A DNA stretch of 64,000 nucleotides from Scyliorhinus canicula (taxonomy: Eukaryota): the NCBI RefSeq assembly GCF_902713615.1, contig NC_052152.1, forward strand, positions 52,551,810 to 52,615,809. Reading direction: 5' to 3'. Of the stretch, positions 1-13,609 are shown one piece after another. The notes beneath the pieces were generated by a model. That model was given only the letters and a program-made list of their open reading frames with translations. It searched no databases and was not told the DNA's origin. Positions within the stretch are counted from its first letter, which is position 1, and every line of letters begins with the position of its first letter. The position numbers and the translations under genes are program-made.

Positions 1-333
1 CCCAGTCCCGTTGAGGTCCCCCTTTCCCTCCAATCGCCCGGCCCGACCATGGCGGCCGCGGACTGAGTTCGCAGCTGCCACGTGATTATCCTGAAGCTGG
101 CACCAGATTAGAAATGCGCCATTGGGACTTCGCTGGTCGGGGGCAGAGAATAGCGGGGCGGGCCTCTGGCAATGGCCAGAGTGGGTGATACGCGTGGCGT
201 ACTTCCCAGGTACGCCACTTTCGGGGGCAAGAGAATCAGGAACCGGCGCCGGTCCCGATTCCATGCGCAAAACTGGATTCCCCACCCCAGCAACGGATGG
301 GATTTTGAGGTCGGGATGCGGAGAATCCAGCCC
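1..333. mobile_element. Right end of a Harbinger-type MITE
   Basis: Ends in GGAGAATCCAGCCC, matching the family TIR. Confidence 0.7.
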
Positions 334-2301
334 ATGGTTTTTGGAGCATGAAAAATGGGGTCATCTTCTATACAGATCAACCAATATGCTGCGATTCAAG
401 GTATTTGTTATAATTATTCTGCCGCTGTTCCCTGCTGTGAGATTCTCAGTCGTCTGGACTATTGAATGTGATCATATTGGCTGTTCACCATTTGGAAGCT
501 CGACCGTGAACCACAGGAATTGTTCACTAGAAGGAAATAATCCAACTTTATTACATGGAGAACAGTAATGGAACTTATCTGGTGCGTAACAGTGGTATGT
601 CCCACAGCCAAGCTCCACCACTGGCATCTATCTGACAATGTGGAAAATTGTCCAGGCCTGTGCTAGGCACAAAATCAGTACTTTCCAATCATGCCAATTA
701 CTACCTTATAGGTCTACTCTCGATCTTCAACAAAGCGATGGAAGGTATTGTTGACAGTGTTATCAGTGACAGAAGGGGGATAAGGGAGCTTATTAGTGAA
801 TGGGGCATTGGGTGTATTTGTTAAGTGTCCCAAACTGATGATTTCTCCATGGACAGCCTACCACAAAAAGCCTGTGCAAGTTTCCCCCTTTTCCTCCTCC
901 TCAGCTGTTTGATGTGCAGCTGGTGGCATGGACTGTGCCCTCACAATAGCAGACCACCACAAATCCTGCCACCCACTCTGCCAAGTATGTCAGGGGTCCT
1001 GGGAGCGGGAGCATTGTTTCAGAATGCTGATTGTCTGCTCGGTCACATTTCCTGAGGCAGGATGGCTTCCATTATTTGGGTGCTGCCCATGTGTGTGGCT
1101 TGTGTACTGGAAACAATCAGCCATACCGTCAGCAGGGAGCCCGTGCCACCCAGTAGCCACTCTTTGGTTTGTGGTGACTGTGCAAATGCAGAAAATACAG
1201 AAGACTGTCACAGAGTGAAATATCAAAACCACTGCCAGGATTTCAGCTGCTGATCGGCAAGATTCATTACACATGGTCATATAGCAGTTGAGAGAACGGA
1301 AGTCCTTTTGGCTGCATTACATTGCAGAGTTGAAATGAGCTGGTTGCCATGTGATGAGCATGCAGTCCTTTCCCTGCTTTAAGGTATCTGACAAACAAGT
1401 GTCTCTGAGATATGTTACAGGTAGACCCCGTTGTAACTCAGGATGGAGTGACTCATGCTGAGTATGACATGTACCAATGGAACCAGGAAACAAAACTTGA
1501 TCTGGGCTGAAAGAGCCCAGAAGAGTAAATAAAATGATCCTGGTTTCTCGTAAACTTGGATGAACCAGTGCCAGGAAACTGTGGGCCTCTCTGCCCTGGG
1601 CTTCCATCCTCCATTGACTGTGGTCATCCCTGGACCTTTACTCCCCCCCCTCTTTCCCATTAACCATTTATCTATGCTGTGGATGCAGGTGGAGGAGCAA
1701 ATGGCCACAGCTGGGGATTCTTTGTCCTCAACACTGGGGAGGGAACATTCCCTCAATTGGAAGACTTTAAGGATGTTAGTGATCAAGAGGGTTTGGGAGA
1801 GAATCTGGATATTGGGCTGGGGAGGCTGAAGGCCTCCTATTTTCCTGGCTCACAACCTGTGCTAAAAGAACAGCTCACCTTGGTAAGCCTATAGCTCCCA
1901 CCACAGATAAGCTGCTGGACATCCCACAGCTTAAGCCTCACCCTTAGTTACTATTAAACTTAATTCATGAGTCAATGATATCATGGGACCATAACATTGG
2001 CATGTTAATTAGGCCTGCATGGTCTGTTTTCTGCACTTTAAAATTTAAAGGAGTTGGAAAAGTGTCAGGTTGCCCATCCCTGGTATACTAGTCCCATTGC
2101 TTTACATTTAAAATGACTTTAGTTATTGTGTGGGCTGAAGTGACTAGATAAGTTATAAAAGACTGAACGGCAGATTTAAGTGATTTAGGAGTTGCTAAGA
2201 TGGCCGAACATTCACATCGCTGTGTCTTACAAATTACAAAGCCAGCAGCAAGGTGCTGGGCTGTGTAGAAGTAGCCCACCTGAGACAATCAACTTAGATG
2301 A

Positions 2302-2640
2302 GTGCAGCACGGTAGTACAGTGGTTAGCACATTTGCTTCAGAGCTCCAGTGTCTCAGGTTCGATTCCTGGCTTGGGTCACTGTCTGGAGTCTGCACGTTC
2401 TCCCGGGTGTGCGTGGGTTTTCTCCGGGTGCTCCGGTTTATCCCACAGTCCAAAGATGTGCAGGTCAGGTGGATTGACCATGATAAATTGCCCTTAGTGT
2501 ACAAAAAGCTTAGGTGGGGTTACTGGGGTATGGGGATAGTGTGGAGGCATGGCCTTAAGTGGGTGCTCTTTCCAATAGTCAGTGCAGACTTGATGGGCTG
2601 AATGACCTCCTTCTGCACTGTAAATTCTCTGATTCTATGA
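2302..2640 (+). mobile_element. tRNA-derived V-SINE (HE1-like) with a CR1-type tail
   Basis: A/B boxes (GTGGTTAGCAC, GGTTCGATTCC), V-domain core, and GGGCTGAATG...TTCTATGA tail. Confidence 0.88.
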
Positions 2641-2644
2641 GTGT

Positions 2645-3435
2645 GGGGACTTCCGGTGGCGGCATGTTGGAGGAAGTCACACGTTGGGTGGCTCCTGCTC
2701 GAGGCTTTATTTTTCAGAGTTTAATCCCGGTCCCAGGGATAATCTTTTGACAATTGAGTCAGGAAGGCACAAGGAAGGAGGGAAATGTCGATAAACCAAA
2801 AAAAACTGCCGTGAAGAAGGGAGTGAGTGAAGGTTCGCGAAAGGTTCAGCTCGGCAACTGGAAGGATGGCGGAGGCTGGGTCGCTGGCTGGGGCCACACT
2901 GCTTACGGCAGTAAATTTGACCGAGGTGATGGCTTTGGAACTGGAGAAACAGTTTGCAAAGCACGTGGAGGTGATGAGGAAAAAGATGATGGCGGCGCTG
3001 AAGGTGCTGGTGGAGGAGGCGATTGCCCCGGTGAAGGTGGCTGTGTCGAAGGCATCAGCCGAGGTGTGGGAGCAGGGTGAGAAAATGAAAGGATGGAGGA
3101 AGTCATGTCGCAGCATAGTGATCAGCTCTGCTCGATGGGTGAGGAGCTGCAGAAGGTGGTCGAGGCCAACAAGAGCTGCGAGCTAAATTGGATCTGAAAA
3201 CAGATCGAGGTGGCAAAACCTGAGGATCGTGGGCCTGCTCGAAGGGGTGGAGGCCCAAAGCCGATGCAGTACTTTGCCAAGATGTTGGCAGAGTTGGCAG
3301 GGGGAAGGGGTAGGCCCCTCCCGGTATGAACTGGATCGGGCTCATCGGCATTGAGGCCTATACCGATGGCAAGTGAGCCGCCATTTGCTTCCACAAGTAC
3401 CATGTGAAGGAGAAGGTCCTCAGTTGGGCGAAGTG
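2645..3435 (+). mobile_element. L1-type LINE 5' end with a degenerate ORF1
   Basis: GGGGACTTCCGGTGGCGGCATG start, coiled-coil, then ENRSRxxNLRIVGL.EGVE and YELDRAHR motifs across frames. Ends abruptly at a poly-G run. Confidence 0.75.
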
Positions 3436-3461
3436 GGGGGGGGGGGGGGGGGGGGGGGGGG

Positions 3462-5990
3462 TGGTCCGAGGTGCTGCGGTGTTCCAACATCTCCCCTGGG
3501 GAGTCATTGACACGGGCCCCATCACCTCCTCCTCACTCGGGGTGCCCCAATGCCCTCGGGCTACTCCATGGGACGGGGGTGAGAAGAGCTCTTCCCTGAG
3601 GCTCCCCCGCCACCTGGCATTGCCAGTCCTGGAGGCCTCCTCTGGTCTCGGTCAGGATTTTGCATGCTTGTGGTCATGGAGCACAGGGAATGGACTGCCT
3701 CCATCTGGGACTTGCCACATCACGCTGCAACTGGGCCACCGCCTTCTGGTTTGTGTCACATCAGCCAGTGACTGCGCCATCTCGCTCTGGGATGGGCTAC
3801 CTCTCTGTGTCTGCGCCACGTCGCCCAGCACCTGGGGAATGCCGCCAACATTCCCAGCCACGGTCTGATGTGTCTGGGCCACGCTCAGGAGCTCGGCTGC
3901 GATTCCCTGGCTCTGGGACATGGTCGCCGATATGGCAGCAATCCTATCCTGGGTCCGGCTGCTGTCTGCACAGAATGCCCCAGGCCTTGGACATGCTAAT
4001 CTGTAGCCGGGAATGTCACCTCAATGCCTCCACTGCGGATGCCACCTGTGCAGCGTTGGTCTGGGTGGCACGTATTATCGGCACCATCTCCTGCTCCTGC
4101 ACGCGATTGAACTCCTCCAACTGCACCTGCAGGTGCTGGATGCTCGCCACAACCCCATATAGTCCCTGGCTCTGCATCTCCACAATGGATGGGACTGTTT
4201 GTTCCAGAAGTCTGAGACCCGTCTGGACGCAGCTAGTCCCTAGGATTGGCCTGCCCTCCGAACATCCAACCCCTTGGGTGCTCCTACTCCACCTGCGGTA
4301 GCGGGTCAACTGTGTGGTGCGCACCAGAGAGTACGCAGGAGCCTCTTCACTAACATGCCCAACCGAGGGGAGTACTCTCTGGGACTGTGGAGGGTGTTGG
4401 AGACAGCTGACGGGAAATCACTATCATCCTCGGACCCGAACCCTGGGGTCTCCTGAGTCTCGGGCAGAGGGCTGTTGGCCGAGCTGCTCTCAGCGTCACT
4501 GCTTGGCTCACGGTGGGGTCCTGGCTGTGCCACTGGCGGGGGGGGGGGGACACACACACCAGATGGGCCCACTCCATCACCCCACAAGACAAGACAAGTG
4601 ATTAGACTGCAGGACGGGGGGGGGGGGGGGGGGGGGGGGGGGTGTGGGGTGTGTGGTGTTGTCGTGTTCTTTTGTTGCTAAATTCAGGATGGTTGGTGTA
4701 GTGTTCATAAAGACCACAAAATAGCTTCAACTTTAACAAAATAACTGAACAAAGCTATAAATTTATTAACACCACTAATTTGGATTTGACACGTACTCCT
4801 AAATATACAGTTGACAATAAACATATAATCTACACTCACCTACTACTATTGATATCTACACTATAACATTAACTATGACATGATGACATGTCTCTCACAA
4901 TCACACTATCTTTCCTTCAGTCTGCTCTCTAGCTGTCTCATTCACTTCACTCCCTAAGGATTAGCATCAATGTCTCATATACGTGTACATCCATCTCCCT
5001 CTAGTGGTTGAGTTATACATTTCATTAACCCTTGCAGTTTTTACATTTATGATAATACCACAGGGGTGAGGGTGGGATGGGTGTGAGGGTGGTGGGGGGG
5101 GGGGGGGGGGGGGTGTTGGCACACATGTCACAGGGAACCACAACTAAGCGGGGTCTCACTTCCACGCCCGTAGCCAAAGCTCCACCTCGAAGAACTCCCA
5201 TCCTCTGGACAACCACGTCCAGGGCCCTCTGCTTTGCCATGGTGAGGGGCCACAGGTGCAGCTGTCCCCCTCCTGTCTTCTCCCGCTCCCAGCAGTCCTT
5301 CTCCTGGGGTGGGGGGGAACAGAAATGAGTGTTAGACAGTCCGACACATGCAGCCCAGAGGGTGAGTAGCTGGTGGCCTCAGTGGCCAGGTCACCCGCCA
5401 TGCCGGCCGGTATGGGTACCGACATGTCGGCAGGGTGGGGGTTCGGCTGTCCTCCTGGTTGGGGGAGGGAGCGGGACTGGGTTGGTGCCAGGGGCACAGT
5501 GCTGCCTACTCCCCTGGCCGCCCAGAAGAGGTTGTGCTGACTGCTGGCCTGCCCAGACAGTATTGCCCACGGCATTCATGGCCTCTGCCATCTGCGCCCA
5601 AGCAGGGCGAATTGTGCCGGCCGGCAGCCTCCTTCCGGACCGGGATACAAAATCATCCACTGCTTCTCCACCACGTCCAACAGGGTCTCCAGCTCGGCAT
5701 CGGTAAACCTCGGGGCTGCTCTCCTCGCTGCCAGCTTGTTGGCTGGGATGGTGTGTGTGGGGAGTGAAGGGTGTAGATGTGGCTGCAGCTTGTCAGCCTT
5801 TGAATATGAATCGCAAAACCGGCGAATCCGGCACCATTTCACATTGGAATCGACTGTGTTCCATGTGGCACCGGTGCTAGTCCCTCAACAATAACTGAAT
5901 GGGTCCAGGTGTGGCGCCTTCTTCTGTCTTTAAAGTCCACGAATTCCGCGTTGGAGTCAACACTTCATCTCAGGAACGGAGAATTCCGCC
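3462..5990 (-). mobile_element. PIF/Harbinger element fragment carrying an intron-containing Myb/SANT-like gene
   Basis: RRAAPRFTDAELETLLDVVE Myb/SANT-like motif, coiled-coil exon (VAQTQR repeats), and TIR-like end GGAGAATTCCGCC at 5990. Confidence 0.75.
4657..5062 (-). mobile_element. Solo-LTR-like element inserted in an intron of a Harbinger Myb-like gene
   Basis: TG...CA ends; reverse-complement similarity to 15007-15690. Confidence 0.65.
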
Positions 5991-5999
5991 AAATGTCTT

Positions 6000-7400
6000 C
6001 TGTTCTGGGCAATGTGAAAAAGCTTACCTCAACTATTTAGAATCCTAAAAAAGCAATCATGCCACCTCTCAACCATTCCCTTTCCAGTGAGAACATGTCT
6101 GGTTTATGTAATCGCTCATCATAACTTAATTCCCTCCAACTACTGAATCATTGATTGGTCCCTTCTGTGTTGTCTCAGTAACTGCAATATCCTGTTGTAC
6201 TGTAGAGACCAGAATGTTCAAAATATTCTATGTGCTGTTGAGCGAATGATTTATAAAGTGGCAGAACTATATCACTTTTTTGGCTCAAATTGACATTGAA
6301 ATGCACCAAACCTGATTTGTTTCACTTACTGCCACTGAGTATTGTTGCAATAGCTTCAATTTATTGTCAATCATTTTCCATGCACACTTTCTTACCGGTT
6401 AAATGTCTTTATGATTTTTTTTTTCTCCCTGTGTGAAGAACTTTGTATTTCCCGACATTGAATTTTAACTGCCCAATTCCAGGTACTCAACATTCCCGTG
6501 GCTTACCTTGCTCAGCTTTGCGGACTATCACTTTCATTAACTTTGTTATTCTCTGAAAATTTAACCACTGCACTTGTGGCCCCTCTTCCAGTTTACTTAT
6601 GAAGTTATTAAACAATTAGACTCAAAGTTGCTCCTGTGGGATCCCACTGGTAACATTCTCCCATCCCGATGGATTCGCTGTACTGCAGCCTTCTAGGTTT
6701 TATCAGTAAACCAATGATATATCCATTATGAAATATTTCCACTGTGCCCTGCATTAGTTTTGTAGATGATGGGGTAACTTCGCCAGTGGTCAAGCCTGGT
6801 TCACGTAATTAGAATGCATTTTGCACACAAGTCGTATTATATAACTATGACCTCCAGTCACTACATTTTGCCAACACAATAATCCTGTTGTACTCAGGAG
6901 ATTCTTTCCTGTAGCTCATCAGCAGATAGATTGTTTGCTGCAGTTATCATGAGTCAACACTCCACCTCACTCATTGGCTGACACAGGTGTCAATATTCGT
7001 TCTGATCTTTACATTTCACACCAGTCTTTCCAGATGAATTGTAATCAAAGGTCTTATTGAAATCCAAAGAGTAGCACAGCCACTGCCTTATTCCTATCTA
7101 CCTCCTTTGTTGAAACCTTAAATTAGAGCAAGAACTTCCTTCATGAACAGGTATTGGCTGTCTTTTATATAGCATTATGATTTGAAACATTTTTTTTTCC
7201 AATTTTGGGGCAATTTAGCGTGGCCAATCCACCTACCCTGCACATCTTTGGGTTGTAGGGGTTGAGACCCCACGCAGACACGGGGAGAATGTGCAGGATT
7301 GCCACAAATTTGTCCACGATAGATGTCAAACTGACTGGTCTGTAGATTTTTGAGTCACCCTTGCTATCTTTTTAACACAGAAATAATATCTAACTTTCCC
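6000..7400 (-). mobile_element. Old, highly degenerate CR1-like LINE fragments
   Basis: Minus-strand remnants of CR1-like RT/endonuclease-proximal motifs; heavily decayed. Confidence 0.4.
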
Positions 7401-9014
7401 TCTTACACTGACTTTGCTTTGAGCTGCTATTATTGCATGACAGACCAAGGCATCAAAAATCATGCTGCTTTAAAGGTCACTGACTTCTCCCTGCCACAGT
7501 ATGGCATGGATGATGTGGAAATTGATAGGACTGGATACGCTTATGCATCATAAATATTAGCAGCACTCACAGGAGGATGCCAGTTTTATTTTTTACTACT
7601 GTACTTTGGATAAAACCTGTGTAAATGTATCAACATCAAGTGGTACCATTCATCCGTTTGGCCTATCTCATCATGAAATCCCACACGCTGAAGCTGTAAT
7701 GACCATTTTTCTTTCCTCTTGAAAGCAATGCCAATTATCAGCAGCTTATGGAATCTTGATGTCTGTCCAAGAACATTTGTTCCTGTACCAGTAGTGTATC
7801 ATTAGTCTGTCTGGCAGCCTAGCTCATTGTGGATGTTGTAACTGCTCCTCTTGACAAATGCACAAGGGTAACAATGTGGTTGGCTGGCAGGGAGACAACA
7901 TTGCACAAAGACACTGTCCTTAGTTTATATCTCATTTCCAATAATTGAAAATCATGTTTGACAGTCCTGAACTACAAGACTACATGCAAGGTGTTTGATT
8001 TTCACTTCAGCGCGCGGTGCGTTTCTTGGCAATTAGTCCATTAAATTCAACACAGCTGTTGACAAGGAAAAGACAGGGCTTCATATCAAAAGCAGCTGGG
8101 AGATTAGAACAAACGTAACTCAATTAGAAAGATCTCATGGCATGTTTATCAGTTTGAAAGTCAACTACAAAATGACAGACAATAATTCAACGTTGAACAA
8201 CTACATCACGTTTTCTTTTTATTCAGGCAATTTAAAAAGCTTATCACACTTCACTTGCAACATTACCGCACATTAACCATGGGTGAATTCATCAGGAAGA
8301 AGCGCAGGTTATTCAACATGATCTATCAACTAAGATGCTCAATTATAGCCCATTAACTATACAACGGCCCAATAAAACAGTGGCTGTCTGGCACGTGAAA
8401 AAGCACTGAAACATTTCTGTTTGCCACAACATATTCATATCCAGGGTGATACGTTTAATTGCGCAGAAATTCGTTTTTAATTTAAGCCTGTAGCCTCACG
8501 AGTACATTTGTGTGAAGATAATTGCACAGAGTAATCTTTTAATTTAGCAGGGGTGCCAGGAGGATTGAAGTTCAATTATAATTGTTTGTATGTGATTTCA
8601 ATGTTTGTCGTTAAGGGGGCCATGGAGACAAGCGATCGGGACAACTCTGCATAAACATGATGATGCATCCAAAAACGTTAAACCATATTTCTTTGTAATT
8701 ACATTATATATCACCAAATTTGATATAGAAATATATTTTCAAGTAGCAGTGAAGCATATAGATAAAACATTGAGTGTGTAATTGTAGGTACCCCGTCCCC
8801 CACTTCGTGGGAAGTCATTATTTGACATTAATAGCTCAATAATTAAATATCTCCACCAAGGAAATATGCAAAATCAATGAGCTTACTAATATTCATAAAG
8901 TATCTTTACTAGAAAGCCACTTCAGTTTTCTTTCCCTTATAGATAGCGAATTAGCACAGTGATAATTTGATTGTCTGTCAATTGTGAAAAACATTCAGAA
9001 GAATAGTTAATGTG

Positions 9015-9289
9015 GGTGGCACAGCTACACAGTGGTTAGCACAGTTGCTTCACAGCTCCAGGTTCGATTCCCGGCTTGGGTCACTGTCTGTGCAGAGTCT
9101 GAACGTTCCCCCTTTTCTGCGTGGTTTCCTCCGGGTGCTCCGGTTTCCTCCCACAGTCCAAAGATGTGCAGTTAGGTGGATGGCGGGGTGAGGGTGTGAA
9201 GCCTTAAGTAGGGTGCTCTTTCAAAGGCCAGTGTAGACTCGATGGGCCAAATGGCCTCCTTCTGAACTGTAAAATTCTATGATTCTCTG
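9015..9289 (+). mobile_element. V-SINE with a CR1-type tail
   Basis: Same head, core and tail as 2302-2640. Confidence 0.85.
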
Positions 9290-9543
9290 AATGTTAATTA
9301 CCATAATCAGTGGTTCCAACCTCTAACCTACTGAAGCGGGAGAATCCGTCAAGAAAGCCATGCATTGTTGGCCTGAGGAATCGGATGTTCTCCTATGGGA
9401 CTGCTTAGAGTCAGTGGACTGGTCAGTATTTAAAACTCTGCAACCAGCCTGAATGAGTACGCCACTACAGTAACTGACTTCATTAGTAAGTGTGTAAAAG
9501 ACTGTGTGCCAGAGAAGCAAATCCGTGTATTTCCCAACCGGTA

Positions 9544-9870
9544 GGCAGCACTGTAGCATTGTGGATAGCACAAATGCTTCACAGCGCCAGGGTCCCAGGT
9601 TCGATTCCCCGCTGGGTCACTGTTTGTGTGGAGTCTGCACGTTCTCCCCGTGTGTGCGTGGGTTTCCTCTGGGTGCTCTGGTTTCCTCCCACAGTCCAAA
9701 GATGTGCAGGTTAGGTGGATTGGCCACGCTAAATTGCCCCTTAGTGTTAGGTGGGGTTTCTGGGTTATGGGGATAGGGTGGAGGTAGGGGCTTGGGTAGG
9801 GTGCTCTTTCCAAGAGCCAGTGCAGACTCGATGGGCTGAATGGCCTCCTTCTGCACTGTAAATTCTATGA
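9544..9870 (+). mobile_element. V-SINE with a CR1-type tail
   Basis: Same head, core and tail as 2302-2640. Confidence 0.88.
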
Positions 9871-9884
9871 AATGAACAGGGATA

Positions 9885-11435
9885 TCCATTGGTTGTAATT
9901 GTCCAAAAATCCTTGGATTCTGGAGAAGTACCAGAGGATTGGAAAACTGCCAATGTAACGCCTCTATTCAAAAAGGGAGGGAGGCAAAAAATGGGTAACT
10001 ATAGGCAGATTAGCTTAACATATATTGTTGGAAAAATATTGGAATCAATTATTAAGGACGTAATAGCAGCACATTTGGAAAATCAGAATCTAATCAAGAA
10101 GAGTCAGCATGGCTTCATGAAAGAGAAATTGTGTCTGACTAATTTATTAGACTTTTTCTAGGAAGTCCAAGTCTCAACTAGAGTGGATAGAGGGGAACTA
10201 GTAGATGTGTTGTATTTGGACTTCCAGAAGGCTTTTGACAACGTACCTCACAAAAGGTTAAGTCGTAAACTAAGAGCCCATGATGTTGGAGGTAGTATAT
10301 TGACATAGTGGATAGATAATCTGAAAGACGTTCTTGTTAGGTGAATTGGACATTCTGAATTCTCCCTCAGTGTACCCGAACAGGCGCCGAAATGTGGCGA
10401 CTAGGGGATTTTCACAGTAACTTCATTGCAGTGTTAATGTAAGCCTACTTGTGACAATAATAAAGATTATTATTAATTGGCTAATGGGTATGAAACAGTG
10501 AGTGGGGATAAGGGTTTTCAGGTTGACAACCTGTAACCAGTGGGGTTCCAGTGCTGGGATCGCAACTATTTACAATTTATATTAATGACTTGGGAGGAAG
10601 CAAAGATACTGTAGCCATATTTGCAGACAGCACAGAAATAGGTGGAAAGGCAAGCGAGAGGGATACAAACAGTTTGCAAAGAGATATTAATAGGTTAAGT
10701 AATTGGGCAAAAGGTTGGAGTATAATGTGGGAGATTGGGAAGTTATTAATTTTAGAAGGGAAAACAAGATTCTTTAAATAGAAAAAAACTCCAGAAAGCT
10801 GCAACACAAAGGGACTTGGGGGATACTTGTGCACAAAACAGAGAAAGCTAGCACACAGGTGCAGCAGGTAATCAGGAAGGATGTTGGAATGTTGGCCTTA
10901 TTTCAAGGGGGTTGGAATTTGAGAGTAAAGAAGTCTTGCTGCAACTGTACAAGGTCCTGTTGAGAGTACATCTGGAGTACTATGAGCAGTCTTGGTCCCG
11001 TTATTTAAGGAAAGATATTATATAATTGGAGGCAGTTCAAAGGAAGTTCACAAGGATGATGCCCGATATGGAGGGATTGTCTTATGAGTAAAGGTTAAGT
11101 AGGTTGGGACTCTACTCATTGGAATTTAGAAGAATGAGAGGGGATCTTATTGAAACATATAGGATTCTTAAGGAGCTTGACAGGGTAAATGTTGAGAGGA
11201 TGTTTCCCCTCATAGGAGAATCCAGGACCAGGGAGCATAGTCAATTTAAGACTGAGATGAGGAGGAATTTCTTCTCTCAGAGGGGTATGAGTCTGTGGAG
11301 CTCGTTGCCACAGAGAACTGTGGGGGCAGAGTCCTTGTGAGTAGTTAAGACTGAGACAGATAGATCCTATTGAATGGCAGAGCAGGCTCAAGGGGCTGAA
11401 TGGCCTACTCCTGTTCCTATTTCCTATGGTTTTAT
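9885..11435 (+). mobile_element. Degenerate CR1-type LINE ORF2 (RT) with 3' tail; SINE tail inserted at ~10330-10475
   Basis: VPEDWKTANVTPLFKKG, SQHGF, LDFQKAFD, FADST, LGLYSLEFRRMRGDLIE motifs and a GGGGCTGAATGGCCTACTCCTG tail. Confidence 0.88.
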
Positions 11436-12577
11436 GATCAACAGGATCCTTTAAATTGCAGCAATAATCTGTTGTGTAGGTCTGATCTAGTGTTAGCTGT
11501 CTTTGTTAACTCACTATAATCCATGTGTGGTTAGGTTTTAATTCACAATAATCTACCTGTGAAGTTTACTTGATTCCAATATTCTACAATAATCGGGACT
11601 GTTGAGGTCCGTTAGGGTTTAGAATGAAAGCAGAAACTCCTGGAAATATGCAGCAGGCTTGTCAGCATTTGTGAAGAGTAAAGGCACACACATTTCACGT
11701 GTACAGCTCTTGTCGGAACTGGAAGAGAAATAGTTTCCTAACTGGACAGATCAAAGCAAAAGAGGAGGGAGCGGAACAAAACGACAGGAGCAAGTCACAA
11801 GGCAGAAATACTACCTCCCGTTGCTGAGAGATAATATTTAACTTAATAGCCAGGAAGCAGTGTTCATGACAAGCTAACAAGAGGTCAAATCTGGCTATTA
11901 ATCTTAAAAAATAATCTCAGTCAAGCAAGGAAAAGGGATTGGTAATTTGCGATTAGCCATACTCCGTGAAGAACCATAGGCATCTCTCTCTGTAAGAGGG
12001 AGACCAGTGGTTATACAGCTTGAGGGGCACCACTCTACGTTAAATGTTGGGCAAGGAAAGCCTCCATGCTATAGCAGCTGGTACCACAGTTGCTATGGGG
12101 ATTGACACCATTCTGCACTATACTCTCACCATCTAAACTAATCGACCCCCGCATTGAAAATGCATTGAAAGGTCAAAAGACAAGAAATAAAAAGAAATTG
12201 AAAAAAGAATGGCAATGAGAGCAAGAAAATAAACAAAGACATTTATTTTAAAATTGTAATACATTTAAAAAATGCAATAAAATCTAAAATTAAAAATTGG
12301 TAGGAACAAAACTGCCTCATCCCTCAAAAGGCAGCCCTGAAAATTTGATGGGGATCCCAGTAAACTATGTTCCGACAAATGTTTTACCACCAGTGTATTC
12401 TCCTGCCTCCCCTTGCCTGAACCCAATAGCCCATCATGCATTAATAGAGCAATCTGCTTCCAAGGAACTGTGGGAGGATGCTGAGGCTTGAAGCTGAGGT
12501 TTCAAATGGAAAGCTATAGCAAGCCCATGAGAAAAGGTTTGTGTCGAGTTTGTTTGATATATAATAGCTGATCAAGG

Positions 12578-12870
12578 ATCATAGAATTTACAGTGCAGAA
12601 GGAGGCCATTCGACCCATTGAGTCTGCACAGCCCTTGGAAAGAGCACCCCCCCCACCCTATCCCCAAAACCCAGCAGCCCCACCTAACCTTTTTTTGGAC
12701 ACTAAGAGCAATTTAGCATGGCCAACCCACCTAACGTGCGCATCTTTGGACTGTGGAAGAAAATCGGAGCACCCGGCGGAAACCCACGCAGACACGGGGA
12801 GAACATCCAGACCCCACACAGACAGTGACCAAGTTGGGAATCGAACCTGGGACCCTGGAGCTGTGAAGCA
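12578..12870 (-). mobile_element. V-SINE with a CR1-type tail
   Basis: Reverse complement of the same family. Confidence 0.85.
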
Positions 12871-13104
12871 ATAATGCGACTGAAGTTACATTTTTTGCAC
12901 TCTTTTGATATAGTCACACTTGAAGACAGAATAGTCCACTTGTGGAGCCAAGTGTTCACCCACCTGATTTTGAGGCCCCATATGTAAAGACTTTGCTGTG
13001 AGGAGACAATACTGATGTAACTTTAGTGATGCTGCATTTCCAGCACACTGCCTCACCTCAACAGAAACTGGAGTTGTAAAAGTAGCCCTATGATATTAGC
13101 AGAG

Positions 13105-13110
13105 TTTATT
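13105..13110 (-). terminator. Candidate polyadenylation signal (AATAAA) for the IGSF3-like transcript
   Basis: TTTATT on the plus strand ~500 nt downstream of the putative stop. An ATTAAA also lies at 13238-13243. Confidence 0.45.
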
Positions 13111-13609
13111 GGTGAGTTGTACTCTCATTAAACAACATTCACTGCTTGAAAGACATCAAGGTTGAATTTTTTCGAGAGGATACTGGAGGACATGTACAGA
13201 AGTTGAATCTATAGCATTTGAACATATTATTCAATGTTTTAATGTGCACCCTAGATATCAATGAACAAATCTGACAAATGGTCAGAAATGAGCATATACC
13301 CCCTGCCCACATCATATTGGACACCTAAGAAGTCATTTAGCCTGAGGAATGGGTGTGGCATACTTGAACCTCCAGCTCATTAACCACACATTCATGCAGT
13401 GTAGTCCTTGTGCGTGACAACATCATAACAATGCTGCATGGCTTTTCTGGGTCTTCTCCATGCCTAACCATAAAGAGAGTTGCCAAACACAAAACGATGA
13501 CTCTTGAATTTCTTTGACCACTGTAATTTTTACAAGGAAACCACTCGGTAAATTGAAGAAAGTTGCTGGGCGTGTTCTTGGCCCAGTAAAGCAATGATGT
13601 TTCTCTCCA

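Noticed and set aside
820-1900. Possible old Harbinger nuclease relic or host exon
   Set aside because: Only faint motif resemblance and no consistent frame; too decayed to call.
2302-2380. tRNA-like sequences with A/B boxes (many copies)
   Set aside because: All continue into SINE bodies and tails. They are SINE heads, not tRNA genes.
1-13100. Further IGSF3 Ig exons (domain 3 onward)
   Set aside because: No IgV-like translation (C...W...DxGxYxC) with suitable splice sites was found. They could still lie beyond the window.
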